From the NCBI RefSeq assembly GCF_001194135.2, contig NC_068981.1, forward strand, positions 124,809,653-124,873,652: a stretch of DNA of 64,000 nucleotides, in the 5' to 3' direction. Of the stretch, positions 38,330 through 53,400 are shown piece after piece. Source of the stretch: Octopus bimaculoides. Lineage: Eukaryota. The number at the start of each line of letters is the position of its first letter. Position 1 is the stretch's first letter. A program made the position numbers and the translations under genes. The notes below the pieces were generated by a model. It saw only the letters and a program-made list of their open reading frames with translations, made no database searches and was not told the origin of the DNA.

Positions 38330-39450
38330 ACATCAGAATGGGTTAGATTAGAAATAAAAATGAAAAATTAATGTGCTAAGTAACACATGGAGTAGAGTAA
38401 GAGACCTATAACATACAAAACGCTGCAAGTTTCCATGAGACAACCTGGTGCAAACCACACACTCAATTCATGGATTAAAGTAAAATCCTGGCTAAATGGG
38501 CAGTGATATATGTTGGACTGGTATGGTAGCTAGAGTCAGAAAGCCCAGAACAAAACAAAAGGAGAAAGGGTAGATAAAAGAGAAATTAACTATATCTGAT
38601 ATCTACGTCAAGTATACATAGCAAGGAGATAACCAGAAAGAGTTTTGCCAAAAGTATGGCAACATGAGAATCAAAGGTGAAATGTTTCAGATTGTAAAGT
38701 AGTGGATCAGTATGAATCAAGATGCCATTGGTGAAAAACAGTGAATGTAATAATAGTGGAATATTTACTCTAACCGAATGATGAGAAGTATGGAAATGCT
38801 ATTACAAGTTGCTGAAAGAGGATAAGAATCTACCCCGGGTAGACTCAAAAGAGAGACTAACAACTGAGTTGACAGCTACACAACTGAAAAGGTCATTAAG
38901 AAGAAGAAGACAGCAACCTGTCCATCAAGGATAGTTACTGAGATGCTGAAAATTTCCAGTGAAGTAGGACATGAACTAGTTACTTGCACAGCAGGCAGTA
39001 TACAAAGTGATCTGATCCAATAACTGATTAGCAGTATCATCATCAACAGTGACAAGGACAAAGGCAATGCTCTAGAAAGAAGCAACTACAGAGGCATCAA
39101 ATTGATTGAACATATTATTGAAAAGTGACAAATAGTTATAGCAAAATTAATTAGGAAGAAAATTAGGTTAGACAAAATGCAGCTGAGGTTTCTACCAGAA
39201 TAGGATACAACTCATGCCCACTTAGGAACAAACCACTGTGCTAGGATAACAATCTAGGAGAGAAATTTAAAGTAATGCTACTGGAAGGAACCTGCAGAAG
39301 AAGGAAACCAAGGAAGACATAAAAGGAAGTAATGAAAACTAATCTCCAGAGGCTGAAACCTCTCTCACAAAGATGATGAAAAAAACTCACAACAGGTGAT
39401 GAGACATTGTTCCAGAGAAGACCCATCCAACCCATGCAAGCAATAAAAAA
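38330..39450 (+). mobile_element. Decayed, internally deleted RTE LINE
   Basis: PSRIVTEMLKISSEVG and DKDKGNALERSNYRGIKLIEH (RT N-terminal NYRGIKL motif), then directly a 3' end with RRKPRKT and ccaacccatgcaagca. Confidence 0.75.
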
Positions 39451-40069
39451 CAAATGGATGGACAGGGAGAGAGAAGGAGAGGAAGAAGCAGAGGAGATGT
39501 ACATACAGGACCAACGCACTCCAGCTTATCACAGTAGATTGATAGAAAATCTTCAGTAAGATGGTTAGCATAAACAAATGCAACCAGTCACTACTATCAG
39601 CATCATATCAAGATTATTATTTGACTCGAGACAGTAGCTTCAAAGATCAGTGAAAACTGGAGTGTGCCAGGGCTTCTTTTTTCTTTCTTTTTTTCTTTTT
39701 TGCTAAGTATTGCGTGTGTGTGTGCGCGCGCGCATGAGTGAGTGAGTGAGAGAGAGAGAAAGCATGCATGCATGTGCATTGTACTTCCCAAAATGTTTTA
39801 CACTTCTAAACAAATACATCTATAGACACCATGGTGGCACTGAAAGTAATACACATACACAATTAAGCCAATAGGTAGTTGCAGTTAAAAGAAACACGGC
39901 ACTGAAGCACAAATTGGTATAGATGACGTTATCAAGTGTGTTGTTAAGCAGGTTCAAACTTTCCTGCTGCTAGCAGCTTCATTCAACCTTATATATACAC
40001 ATACTTTCACAAACATAGATACAAACAGATAGACACCTACATATACATTACACACACTACACACGTGCT

Positions 40070-40110
<41 letters not shown>

Positions 40111-40739
40111 GAGTAGGAAGAGGATGTAATTGACTTACACTCCTCTCAAGTTATTTCTTACAACAATAATACAACACCCATGAAACTCACTCCAAAAAAC
40201 TAGGACACTAGAACAGTAAATTATTTATGAACTTACTCTTAGTTCATGTAAACAACTAATTACACAAACAAGCTCATCAGTTCAAATCCTGCCAGAATCC
40301 AGTTCACTTCTTTTTTTCTTCTAGGATCCATAAAATAAATATTTTAGTTGTTATGCCCCTCTTTTAAAATATATTCATTTATTCTTGGTGTTAGGAAAGA
40401 CATCCAGCTGTAGAAACATTGCCAGATCAGATTGGAGCCTGGTGTGGCCTCCTGGCTTGCCTGTCTCCAGTCAAACTGTCCAACCCATGCCAGCATGGAA
40501 AATGGACATTAAACGATGATGATGATGATGGTTTAGACCATTAGACTGTATGTACACACCTAGATAGTGAGTGAAATTTGTTGCTGGAATGAACTTGTGC
40601 AGAAGTGTGCATGTATATGTGCATGCATGCATAAATAAATAAAAAAATAAATAAATAAATACATACTCGTGTAATTTTGTAGGCATGCATTTATGCTATA
40701 TATGCATGCATAACAACATATCAAGAAAAGGTACATAGA

Positions 40740-41400
40740 TGGAACAGAAAACATGATATCCTATCCAAAAATAAAGGTATTTTAAAAATCAAAAAATATC
40801 AACTAGATAACAGTTTACTCAAAGTAAGCAGCTTCGGCCTTCAAGACAGCTTCAAGGCAGTTCTGCAACCAGGAGCATGTGTTCTCACAGTGATACTGGG
40901 AAGATCTTCAGACATCTCCTTGACCTTGGCCACCAGCTCAGCCTTGATGTCACAGGAAGAGCAGTTGGTGTCTTTCTCAACTACACCCTACACATAAGTA
41001 ATCCATGGGATTACAATCAGGGAAATTACAAGGTCAGAAATTGAGGCTGGTGAAGTTGTAGAAATCCTCCAACGACCATGTTTGACTCTTTTCTGAGACA
41101 TGGCAAGGAATCAAATCCTGCTGCTACACATGCCTTTCAGCAACAACCCTCAACAGCTAGGGTTTGATCACGGTTTCCAGCAGCATCATATAGATGTCTG
41201 ATTTGAGCTTAAGGCCCTGTGCATGACATCACCCTCGCTGGAGACACATTCAAAGATCATCACCTTCCTGCTGACCACAGTTTCATAGTCTCCATTGCAG
41301 CTGTCCATGTCATGTCTTACAACCTTCACAGTTTTCACAAAGCACTGAGCAGCAGTCCTGATATTGGTACTTTGATACCTGCTGTGAATCACCAAAATAC
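40740..41400 (-). mobile_element. DD37D (maT-type) Tc1/mariner transposase remnant
   Basis: VMIFECVSSEGDVM..QQD followed 37 residues later by the D of PDCNPMD; Trp codons mutated to TAG/TGA; C-terminus matches 18582-18830. Confidence 0.85.
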
Positions 41401-42129
41401 AAGTAACTCTTTTCCAATATTAATATTTTTCCAATATTCAAAATGGCTTCAAGTCCTCAGCTAACTTTTCTCAACTACAATTTTAATCTTTATGCTCTCC
41501 AATGCCATTCACTGTTCAATAATACAAACTGTTTCTATAACCCTCCACCCACCTATCCATCCAAAAAAAAAAAAATCAGCAACTTTAGCTCTAAACATTC
41601 TGTAGCTTTCTAGGTTACTAACCTTTTTGAAGTTAGGCTTAACTTTTCATTTCAGATAAAATACAAAACTAAATACTAGAGTCAATATTATCAACTAAAA
41701 CTCTTACAATATGTTACAGTATGGTTGTAATCTAAACACTAAAAGAAGAAAAATATATGGATTGATGACCTGGCAACTGTCCTTGGAAAATATAAAGGGG
41801 AAGCAAGAAGAAAGTAGATGATTGAAGGTATCAACTTCATATGTTGGTCTCCAATAAAGGTAACATAAGGCACTGTAATAGGTGAGGTATCAATACAAGC
41901 AAATAATATTCCATTTAGTGTACCCAGGTAAGTGATGAGTGCACAAGGTACAATGGAATCAAACACAGGTTGGCAGAAAATGATCACACAAAAAATGGAC
42001 AGGGAAATTGGATACAAGAGAAATTAAATATAGTGTGCAAGAAAGAACACAACATGGACATGTGGTATGTATGAAGTAGCAAGTAATCCAAATGGAAGAT
42101 ACTACTACAAAGTAAGATAAAAGGAAAAT

Positions 42130-42234
42130 ATGGGAAAATAAGGTGAAAACATGGGAAGATAAAGTGAAAACATGGGAAGGCAAGGAGAAAACATGGGATG
42201 GCAAGGTGAAAACATGGGAAGGCAAGGTGAAAAA
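42130..42234. repeat. 21-bp minisatellite, 5 units, within a decayed RTE 3' end (about 41900-42355)
   Basis: atgggaaggcaaggtgaaaac-like units start at 42130, 42151, 42172, 42193, 42214; followed by ccaacccatgcaagcatag tail. Confidence 0.9.
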
Positions 42235-43559
42235 CTGATCTCAGGAAGTTGAACTTCACAAAGGTAACACAAAAGACTAACAAATGGCAAAAAACTATGT
42301 TGAAAAAGATCTGTCCAACCCATGCAAGCATAGTAAAATGGACATATGCTGATGACATGTAAGGATGTGGGTGACTATGTGTGTTGCTGGCAGTATTACT
42401 GCAGGCATTTCATTGAGTCTCTAAGCAAGAGATTTAATTGTCTAGCAACATAATGATTTCCTTTATGATTTTTTTTTTTATTCTTTATAAAAAAAAAATA
42501 ACTCCCCATTTCCTCTGCCCTTTAAACATCAGGAGGTGGGTCTTGACTACTTCTTAAAAGATTCAACTTTGTTTCCTCACTCTCATTTATTATCTCACTT
42601 CAAACCCATATATACACTTCCCCTGTAGCCAAGCCTAGCAAATAAAAGGACAGGGTGGATGATTGGTGTTATCTGTGCCAATGGTTAAGAACAAAATTAT
42701 GCCCTATCTGCCACTACCAACATAGGTATTTATGAGTAAGGACTTTCATACAGTAAAGTAAGACTCTGCACTACAGCATTGACACACACACACAAATAGG
42801 AAAATAGGTTTAGCCAAGTTGATAGATAATTGTAGATTAATATACCATAGAAAAACCGCTGCGTGTAAGAAAGAGAAATGTCATAAAAACACTTAAGTTA
42901 TTTAATGTGATTGAAGTTTAACATACATAGAGACCTGCATGTATGGATGTACGTAGGTGTGATAAAATGATCAAGAAGTCCACTTCACAATAACATGGCT
43001 ACAAGTGTTTTCTACTATTGAATCAGATCAACACAAGCCTTGTGAAAGAAACATGATAGAGGAAACTGTACCCAGTTTAACATCACTCCCTGGTCTTTGG
43101 ATATCTTTAGTTGTGTTCAGCACAATAGCAATGCTTTGTACTATAACTTTTGAGTTGATTTTTCTTCCTCTCTTGCTCCACCAGTCTTGGAGACCAAGCA
43201 AAAGAAAAAAAGATCCTAAGTATCACCCTTTCTCTTCTGCTAAAGCCAAAGCAAAACAAGGAAAAATGTATGCAATTTTTAAGGTGACTGGTTGTTTTAC
43301 AAATTCAGGTGGCAAAATTTGCTTTTTGAAGAGTAAAACTTTCAAACCTCTACACAGTTATTGATTAAATGATTACTTTAGATTTATTCATTAAGAGCCT
43401 TTATCACATTATATTATCTATTCATTAGTTTTTATGCCATTTTTCCAAGCTAGTATAGATTAGATGGACACACACACACATCTTTATCTTAGACAGGTCA
43501 CTGTTATCCCAAATTCCATTCAACAACCTCCTTCTGGTCATTTTGAAACACAAAACTGT

Positions 43560-43715
43560 TAATTTAGACATGTTTCCCACCCCACTCACCATTTTCTTTC
43601 ATCACTTCTTTCTATTGAAGAGTGTAGGCTCAAAACATTAAAAACACTTTACCATCTTCCCAAACTAATACACCTTATATGTTGTTCACTCACCTGTCTT
43701 TTGTTTTTTGTATAT
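43560..43715 (+). mobile_element. Penelope-like terminal fragment with degenerate hammerhead-like motif
   Basis: cttt-CTATTGA-a-gagtgtaggctc-AAAACATT-aaaaac; downstream caaactaatacacct is shared with 34745-34820. Confidence 0.5.
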
Positions 43716-43727
43716 ATGAACCATATA

Positions 43728-43763
<36 letters not shown>

Positions 43764-46432
43764 ACACACACAGAGTTACAGTAATACTATCAACTCAGGG
43801 TACCTGATCCAACTGTGTACATTGTGTAGTAGAGAATACACAGTTTTATCCAACTGAAACATTGCAGTAAATTGTTATAAGCATGACAAAATTTCTCAGA
43901 CATACACTACAGTTAAGGTTGTTGCTTTTTAGCTTTTTTTTTTCCTTAAGATTATCCTACTAACTACTGGAATCATTTACAAGATTAATGCTAGACTAAG
44001 CTTGCTCTCAAAGTATTAGCTGAAAAATATAATTTACTGGTGTAAGGTGAATGTTACAGGTGATGGGAATAGCAGGAATATTCTGAACAAAGCGTGCGTG
44101 CATGCGTGCGTGCGTGCATGCGTGCGTGTGTTTTAAATTAGTACGAACATTTTTTATGCATAGGACATCAAAACACTGAAGTGTGTAAAGTATGTATGGT
44201 GTTTGAACTTTAATAAAGAGGTAAGGAAGGGTGGAGATATTGCAAACTTGGAACAGCAACTGATATTTAAATAGACATCAACTTTGAGATAAAAGTGTCA
44301 AAATATGAAATGTCTATCAAACATCAGCAGTTTGGCACAGGCTATATAACTGTTTTGCTTTACTGACATCAAGTCTACTTGCCAACAACAAAACAACTGT
44401 TTCTAATTTAGGCACAAAGCTAGGAGTTTGTAAGAATGGGAGTTTAAGTAAAATCATTGATTCCCAATATTTGAATGGTTGCTGTATTTTATGGACCCAA
44501 AAGAATGAATGGCAAAGTCGATTTCAGCAAGATTTCAAATCAGAACAAAGTACTGTAGCCACATAGTGCAAGATATTTTACCCAATGCTATAATGATTCT
44601 TCTGTCAATTCACAGCTATAAACTGATTTTAGTTTAGGTACAATGCTAAACCAGCAATTTTAAGGGAGGTCTAGCCAATTACACTAACCCTAGAAGATGA
44701 CTGGTACTTTATTGAACTTCAGAAGGATGAAAGACAAAACTGAACATGGTAAGATTTGAACTCAGAATATAAAAAGCTTGAACAAATACTGCAAAGCATT
44801 CCCCACCCCCACCAGCAGGAAAATGATTCTGCTAATCAATAATAATAATTCTAATAGACACAAGTCCTAAAATCCTGGAGGAGAGGATTGTCGATTACAT
44901 CCATTCCAGTGCTCAATTGGCATTTAATTTACTGATCCTGGAAGGATGGAAAGTCGAGTCATCTTTAGCCAAATTTGAACTCAGAACACAAAGAGCAGGA
45001 ACAAATACCACAAGGCATTTTTCCCAACACTAAGAATACAGAGCCAACTGAATCTACAGCTTGTATTATTGCTATTTCCTTTATCAAAGACGATCAAAGT
45101 TAACACAGTATATGAACTCAAAAATATCAATAATTATTTATTTACCCTAAAAAAATAATCAAAAAAATATAACTTGGAAAACAGACATCATATCTATGTA
45201 TGAGAAGCTGCTATTGCTTAGTTTCAGGGCAAATCTGATCCAGCAAACCTAAGATCAAAGTGTTCAAGCTACAACTGCCCAGTCTTTTTCACAGGTAGTC
45301 TGCATCAAAGATATATTATCCAATGTGCACTCCCAATTTTCAGGCAGGATATGATTTGATGGAAATTTAGCAGTTGTTTCCAGCAGGATGAATAACCCTG
45401 TAAAGTCACCATCCTTGCTGGCTCAAATGTGAAAGGTATGAGCATGATAATGGTGAGAGAAATGCGTTGATGTTTTAAAGTGCTTCTAATCCTTCTTCAG
45501 AGTCCTTCTGTCGGAATCCATTATATTTGTACAATTTGTAACAATTGCTAATGACAGCCTTCTGGAAAATACGGTACAGCTCTTTCTCACCAATATGAAG
45601 AGTGGCTTTCTATTAAATATGAATGTACAGCCATGTAGTTAAGACATTCCCTTCTCAATCACATGGCTCCAGTTTAGATGCCACAGCACTCCACCTCAAG
45701 CAAGTATCATCTATCATAGCCTCTGGTTGACCCCAAGTTTTTTTTAGTGACACTAAGAACATAGGAATTGTTTGAAGGTTCATCAGATGGAATGTACCAA
45801 TCCTTGGGTATCAGACTAAATCAGTCACTCAGTTTAACACTAACACCTGATCCTTGGGGTCCATTAGCAATGTTCCCACAACTGAAAGCATTCAAACAAG
45901 ATCCCAGTCTGAAAATAACACATAAGTTCAAATTTCTTCTCTTTCTTCTACCAATCTATAAAATCCCTCAAAACAAAACAAAAAACAAAAAAAAACTCAT
46001 AGGCATGGCATTTCTCCTCTAACTAAACTACAAAATAATTTACTCAACTGACAGAGATTCTATCAATGTTTGACAACACCTCACAAGTCAGGTACCTATC
46101 CCTGCAAACAACAGCCCCTTCAGAAAGATGAACATTGAAAAGGGAGAGTCCAAAGAAAAGCAAACCCCATCAGATACCTCTTTCACCCCCACTACACAGC
46201 CACACATCAACAAATTAATGCAGGGTTACCCAATGATTGGTGGTGAAAGACATGTCTGCAGTAGATGTGGTTTGTCTATCTAAGAAGTATTTGAGCAAAG
46301 GTGGGGCTGGAGGAGTTAGAAGAGGCCCCAAATAGACATGTAATTTTAAAATTTACTATTATAATTCTACTGTTATGCTCATAAAATTCTCTCTAAAAAG
46401 TTAAGACTATGAAATAAATAACAAGGACAGCA

Positions 46433-46465
<33 letters not shown>

Positions 46466-46913
46466 CGTGTGTGCACATGCGCACGTGATATGTTGTAATT
46501 GAGTCAAACTCAAATGACATTTAATTCTCCTTGAGTATTTTTAGATAGGGGAATGAACTTAGTTTAAAGCCTAAATCCATACAGTGTTTCAACAATGTTT
46601 CATTGATAATAACCTCTAAAAACTGTAAAAAAAAAACACACACAAACTGTTACATTAGCAACTCATAATGTAGATATGAAAACAAGCTTCAATGTTTTTT
46701 GCTTTGTTTTTCTTTTTTCTTTTCTCTTTGACTTTGTCAGAGGAGGGAGGACAGCATTAATGACCTTTTTCTTTTTCAAGGGCCTATGATGACTGGTGGT
46801 AGATAATTCTTCTCAGACTAGAAACCTGGTACAACAGAGTAGATTCTGCTCTAAGTACATATAAACCAAATGACAGTATTGAACAGATTTAAGCCTACCA
46901 TTGATAAACATGG

Positions 46914-46915
46914 TA

Positions 46916-46970
<55 letters not shown>

Positions 46971-46980
46971 TAATAATAGT
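46914..46980. repeat. (AAT)n microsatellite
   Basis: Near-pure trinucleotide run. Confidence 0.95.
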
Positions 46981-47966
46981 GCAAAAATAAACCACTTAAA
47001 GGTAAACTTCAATGACTAAGCCCTTTATTAGATACAAAATAGTCAATAACAGAAATGAATGAAAAAATGTACAGTACATCCATTGGTTGTAATGCCACAC
47101 AGCAACAATTTTACCTTTGGAAGACCTTGGCACTTAAATAAATGAAGCTATTGTGGAAGAGATTTAAGTTGTCAGCAGAGAACACCAGATCTTTAGAACT
47201 TACCAGCAAATAAGGAATTAGTGTATTACCAAAGTTGAATAGATATCAAGTATTTACAAATGAATAAGACAACAATCTTAACAGTGATTTTATCAAACAT
47301 TAATGAGAATAAATCTCTCAAGAGAAGTGGAGAGGCAGGGTGCAAAAAAAAAAAAAGACCCTGAAACTGGCTAGCTTATCTACAAAATACTTTACATGTA
47401 GCCCTAATAATATGAGAAATACTAAAGACACCATTTCAACAATATTACAGTGATTATTATTATTATTATTCAAAACACAAACGCCTTGTCATTTATTCCA
47501 ATGCTAACAGCCTAATAAAAGACCTATCGTTGGAAGTTAACCTTACATAACTAACATTACAATATGTTTATTATGCAACACAATCAGCTGATTTGCTTTC
47601 ATTAACTTTTAATGTGAAGTGATGTCTATTATAGAGAGTGGGGAATATAACAGGTTTCAGAATTTTAGATTATTAATGAAACATGAATTATACAAGGATT
47701 CTAAGTTATGGTAAGTTTAACTGATGATAAACTGATTAGTAGGTCATTAAAAAAAGTGAATCTATTACAGCATGAAGATTGACACACCTAAAAGTAATTA
47801 GCTTGTCTGGTTTTTAATCATTTTGACATTGCACATTAACCATGTCATTCTTTCCACTTTTACACCTCAGTTTCCAACACCAGGCAACACCTGACCATTT
47901 CACCGATTAGCCATGAAATTTACATTCATTTATAAGAGTTTTTTTTTTCTTTCTCATTCTGTATTA

Positions 47967-47999
<33 letters not shown>

Positions 48000-50445
48000 C
48001 AATGCACATCATAAGATTAATAAGGAAAGCATCATAAGATATTCACAATTAAAAACAAAATAGAGAGTGTTACATAAAAGGAAAACATTTTGATATTGTT
48101 AAAAATAAAATATCACTTTAATGTTAAATATAACATTACTTAAAGATTTATTGAATGCCTATCATAAAACATTAAGATGAAGAAAACTTATCTCAGTTTA
48201 TGGTTAATCCAAAACTACACTAAAGTTCTAATGATATTATTTTTTAGTGTATATTTTTCACAAGAACAGTATAGTTAATGATGTTAATGAAAGAAAGTTT
48301 TAAAATCATTATAAATGATGTCATTATTTAGTATTGCAAAAAGCTTTATCTACTCTAATCCAAGACAGGAAAACTAAGGCAAAAATTAATAGACCAGGTG
48401 GAAGTTCTGATAGATAAATCAAAACTCTCATTTCAATAGATAAGATTGTAAACATTAGCTGTGATAAACCCGATACAGAGAAGAAATCCACACATTTGTC
48501 AGTTGGTATAGAGGCTGAGAAATTTACCAGCTTAGATGCAAAGGAAGAATTTCAGATGTCAGTGTATTTGCAGACTGATGCTGAAAATATGTAAGCTAAA
48601 AGAGAAAAAGATATATAGGCATACATGCTCACATACACACACAAAACAAAACTTAAACAGGTAAAGTTGAATAAGTTACAATGCAACAGCTCTACATAAT
48701 AATAAAGCAAACCAAGATGTTAATACTGTGTTGCACAGTTACTGCAGAGAAGCAAGAAACTGCCAAGAAAAAAAAAAAAGTAACTAAATATATTTCCATT
48801 TGGCTAAACCTAGTTGGAGCATGTAAAAACAAAACTATTTGAGGAATATTTGTGAAACTATTATGGATCTTCAGACAAAACTAAAATGATATAAAATGTT
48901 TGAAATATCAAATCTAATAGTTTGACACTCCTGATAACCAACTTCATATTTTGGTATCAAAGAAATACTTATTTCTAAAAAATGTTAAACAAAAATTAAG
49001 GAAGGCTTCTCTAAGAATTTATCTTTTACTCGTTTAGATCCATTAGGCAGCAACCATGTTAGGATACCGACTTGAAGAGCTTAGTCAAATAAATCAACCC
49101 CAGTATTTTTTAAATCCAGTACTAATTCTATTGATCTCATTTGCTTATCCACCAAGTTACAAGACATAAACAAGCCAACACTGGATGTCAAATAGTGGGG
49201 GAGGGGGACAAACAGAAACACACACACACACACACACACACACAACAGGCCTCCACATAGTTTCCATCTACCAACTTTACACCAAGGTATTGGTCAGCCT
49301 GGGGCTATTGTAGAAGATGTCCAAGAAGCTGCATAGTGGGGCTGAACTTGAAACACCATGGTTGCAAAATGAGCTTCTTAACCACATGGCCATGACTGTG
49401 TCTAACAAACCTTTCTTGCAGAGCAGGAAAAAAAAATATAATAAAAAGCAAAATCTGAAGCTGAAGACCTTGGTGATGCAACATAGTACTACTATCAACA
49501 AAACATCACAAAAGGTTTAGGAGTGCTGGAACATTTTTGATTGTAGTGGTTTTGACAGGTTTGCTCAACCAGCAACAATCACTACCCTGTGAGATAGGAG
49601 TGGAATTTTCCCCCATCCACAGTCATGTAAGTTGAACTAAGCATGATTATGTAGCTAACTAAATGGCACGATGAAATAGCTAAAGGAAAATCTGAACTTA
49701 TGATCATATAGTGAATAATCAAGCACTATAACCCTCTGTAGTTGTAGTATGCCCTACAATCATGAGATTTCAATGATTATGACATAAAATTAACACCTAA
49801 AGCATAAATTTATTAACTATAGTTCTTTTTTCTCTAGCCAATTTTAGCAAATTTTAAAATTCTAAGGGGAATGTGCATGGCAGTAGCTAACATAGGAGAA
49901 CACTGGGCTCATTACATTCTATAATTTACATGTACTAGTTTGAGTGAATGAGACTATTCTGGGGCACCACCAGCAAAAAGTATAATCAATATTATTGCCC
50001 TCAGTAAGCTGACAGAATCATTAGCATGTCAGGCAAAATGGTTAGCAGCATTTCATCCATCTTTACATTCTGAGTTCAAATTCTGCTGAGGTCAACTTTG
50101 TCTTTCATTTTTCAGGGTCAACAAAATAAGGACCATGTTGATTACTAGGGTCAATGTACTCAACTTACCTCTCCTCCTCGAAATTGCTGGCTTTGTGCTA
50201 AAATTTGAAATTATTATTGTCACCCTCCCACTAACACCCCAGTACTTGGCTGATAATTATTTTATCAATAATGATGGGAAGCAAAGTCAATTTGAGATGG
50301 GATTTGAACTCAGAATGCAAAGAAATGTATTTTGTCTAACACTTTAACAGAATCTGCCAACCATTCTTCTCTAACATATGACCATTTCATTATTATTATT
50401 ATTTCAAATATGGTGATGGTTAATTTATGATTGTGTTCGTTTTCT

Positions 50446-50476
<31 letters not shown>

Positions 50477-53400
50477 TGAAGCTACCATCACCACCAGTAG
50501 CGTTAGTATTGTCCTTCCAGCTCTTTATGTTCTGAGTTTAAATTCTGTCTTTTATCTCCTTCTGGCATCAGTAGAATAAAGTACCAATCCAGTACTGAAA
50601 CTGATGTAATCAACTAACCCTCACTACTAAAACTGCTGAACTTGTGCCTAAATGAGAAATAAATATCATAATCATTATTATTTATCTTTTATGCTTCTGA
50701 AATGATTAAAATTCTATTTTCAGTAATATACTGGAGTTGAATTTATTAACACCTTTGCTCTACACAAAATGAAATTTAGACTTATTTAAGAAATCAGTAA
50801 ATGAAAAATTTAAAGAAAACTGATTTGCCAAGTTACATCTAACTTTCCTACCTAAGTCTCTAGAAAACAAGTAAAACTGCAACTATACTAAAATCAAAAG
50901 AAACCTCTGGCAAGCTGATATCCTTTCCGTTAAATAACAACTATCAATCATGTGTGTCAGACACTGTTTCTGTATTATTGTGACGCTAGTAAATTATCAT
51001 AGTTATGGACCTTTGCATTGTGTTCAACCCATCGTTTTTTTGTGGCGCAAAAATAATTCTAAAGCATTTCAAAGAACATTAGAAAAAGACAGGAAAATGA
51101 AAGAAAATATCCTGGACAACATTATGATTATTTAAAGAAATAAAAAAAAAAAGGAAAAAAAGAAAGTGACAAAAAGTTAATCTCTCTATGAAAGGAACTA
51201 TGAAGAATATTCAGTAAAAGAAACACCAAGAAATAATTATATTAGATCAAGCATGGATCAATATTCATATAAATGTTCTCTTTTCTTTAAAAAGAAAATG
51301 AAAAGAGAGTCCATTATTCTGCTGTCTGACAAGATGACTTTTTACCAAATATTTTTTTCCTATTCTTACATCATATTGTAACAAAATACTACCAAGATTT
51401 ATTACAGACATCTTGTTTATCTTTAGAGGAATACAGTATTACAGACTTCAGTGATGTAACATAATAACTACTATAAATTGATGTTTTTACAGACACAAGC
51501 ACAATAACAATTTAAGAAGATAGAGTAGAGCATCATGTGTAGAGTACCTCTCACTTCTTTACATATAGGATTTAGTTTTATCACTCAAGGTATGCCTTCC
51601 ATTTCCTTAGAGTTGTTTAATACCAGCATTCTAGAAGAGTGTATTCAACTGACCACACAAGCTTTTACTTAGAAAAAAGTAACTGGTCTTGTACTTACCA
51701 AACCAAAAGAGTTGAATGAGAAATCACGAACAGGGAGAAAGGAGTAATAAAAAGTGTATATTAATAACGTTTACCAATTCAAGGATTGTAAATCACAAAT
51801 CAGGAAGAAAAAAAAGTCAGAGTTAAATTCTTGTTGCTTTTCACAGGCCCAAGGAACAACTAAAACTCAGCACTATACTTTTGAAATACTCCTCAGTTTA
51901 TATATAATGATCACACTGTCTACAGTAGTACACCTATTTTTCATGTAAACACTTTTTTGAACCACTGAAAATAAGTGTCTGTGCCAAGGACAAGGTAAAC
52001 ATGTAAATCACCAACTACAATTAAATCGGAAGGATACTACGTTCATTATCATCATTTAACAATTATTTCCCAATGCTGACATGAGTTGGACAGTTTGACA
52101 GGGGGCTGTATCAAGCTCCGATGTCAATTTTGGTATGGTTTCTACAGTTGAATGCACTTCCTAATGCCAGTCACCTAATAGTTGGTTATGAATTCTCTAA
52201 AACAAACAGCTTTGATGAAAATAATTTTTCTAATTTTTAAAAATGAACTAAAACAAATCCAAACAAGAAATCATAATTATTAGCACTAACATGTTACCAA
52301 AACTGGGTGGTTTTCAGATTCACCTATGCCTCATTCCCAATAATAACATTGGTTACTTCTCCAGAAGATTTTCTTTAGCTGTAGTTAGGCTAGGATAGGG
52401 TAAAAGTCAAACCTTTCTCAATACTAAGATATGAAGACATTGTAAGTGGGCAGTGTCAACTGTCTCGGCTAATACACGAGTGTGGCTGTGTAGTTATTAA
52501 GAAGCTTGCTCTTCCAAACCATGCAGACTCACGTTCAGTCCCACAATCTGGCACCCTGAGTAAGTATTTTCTACTATAGCCCTGGGCGAACCAAATGTCT
52601 TGTGAGTGGATTTTTTAGACAGAAACTAAAGAAAGCTGTCTGTTTGTGTGTCTATGTTTACTGTAATTATATCAGGTGATGGTTGTAAGCAAGTATCACT
52701 ATCATACAAACAATATTGTTCTTTTCCAATCTTCCATGGAAAAACACATTTGGCCATGAGAAATATTATCTTAGTTGGAAACAGATGAAGGTTGGTTACA
52801 AGAAGGTCAACCAGCCATAGAAAATCTGCCTCAACAAATCTCTGACCCGTGGAAAAGAAAATACTATATGATGATGATGAAATGAATATTACAATAATAG
52901 AAAGCAATTTTTTTTACATTTTACTTATTTCAGCCATTTGACTGCAGCCTTGTTGAAGGTCTCAAATTTTGGTCAAAGGCCAGTAATTTTAGGGGAAGAG
53001 GTAAGTTGATATCAATTTCAGAGTTCAACTGATCCTTATTTTATCAACCCCAAAAGATGAACTTAGAATGTAAAGTCAGAAAGAAAAAATTTTTGTTAAG
53101 TATTTTGTCTGGTACAGTAACAATTCAGCTCCTGGCCTTCCAATGCTCAATAATAATAATAGAAATAAACAATGATATGCAAATTTATGCTTAAAATACA
53201 TTTAGTCTTGGTGCAAAAAAATATTTGATATTTTAACCTTAATTATTTTAAGTAAGCCCATTGTGACAATTCCAAAAATATTTTCAAAGTTTATGGGCTT
53301 CATAGTGAAACAGAAGTGTAGAACACCACTTCAATGAAATTATCAAAGTGTAGAGCTATCAAAAAGCAAATGCTCTAATGTACTTTCACTTGGTGAAGCT

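Noticed and set aside
42130-42234. CRISPR-like appearance of this array and of 60921-61100
   Set aside because: Contiguous tandem units with no unique spacers, no cas genes, eukaryotic context.
48040-48600. Weak hAT-transposase-like peptide (KSTHLSVGIEAEKF)
   Set aside because: Too short and degenerate to support without a profile search.
51693-51760. Perfect minus-strand donor TTG|gtaagt as candidate exon 1 end
   Set aside because: In-frame TGA upstream and no similarity to the OSR1/SPAK N-terminus.
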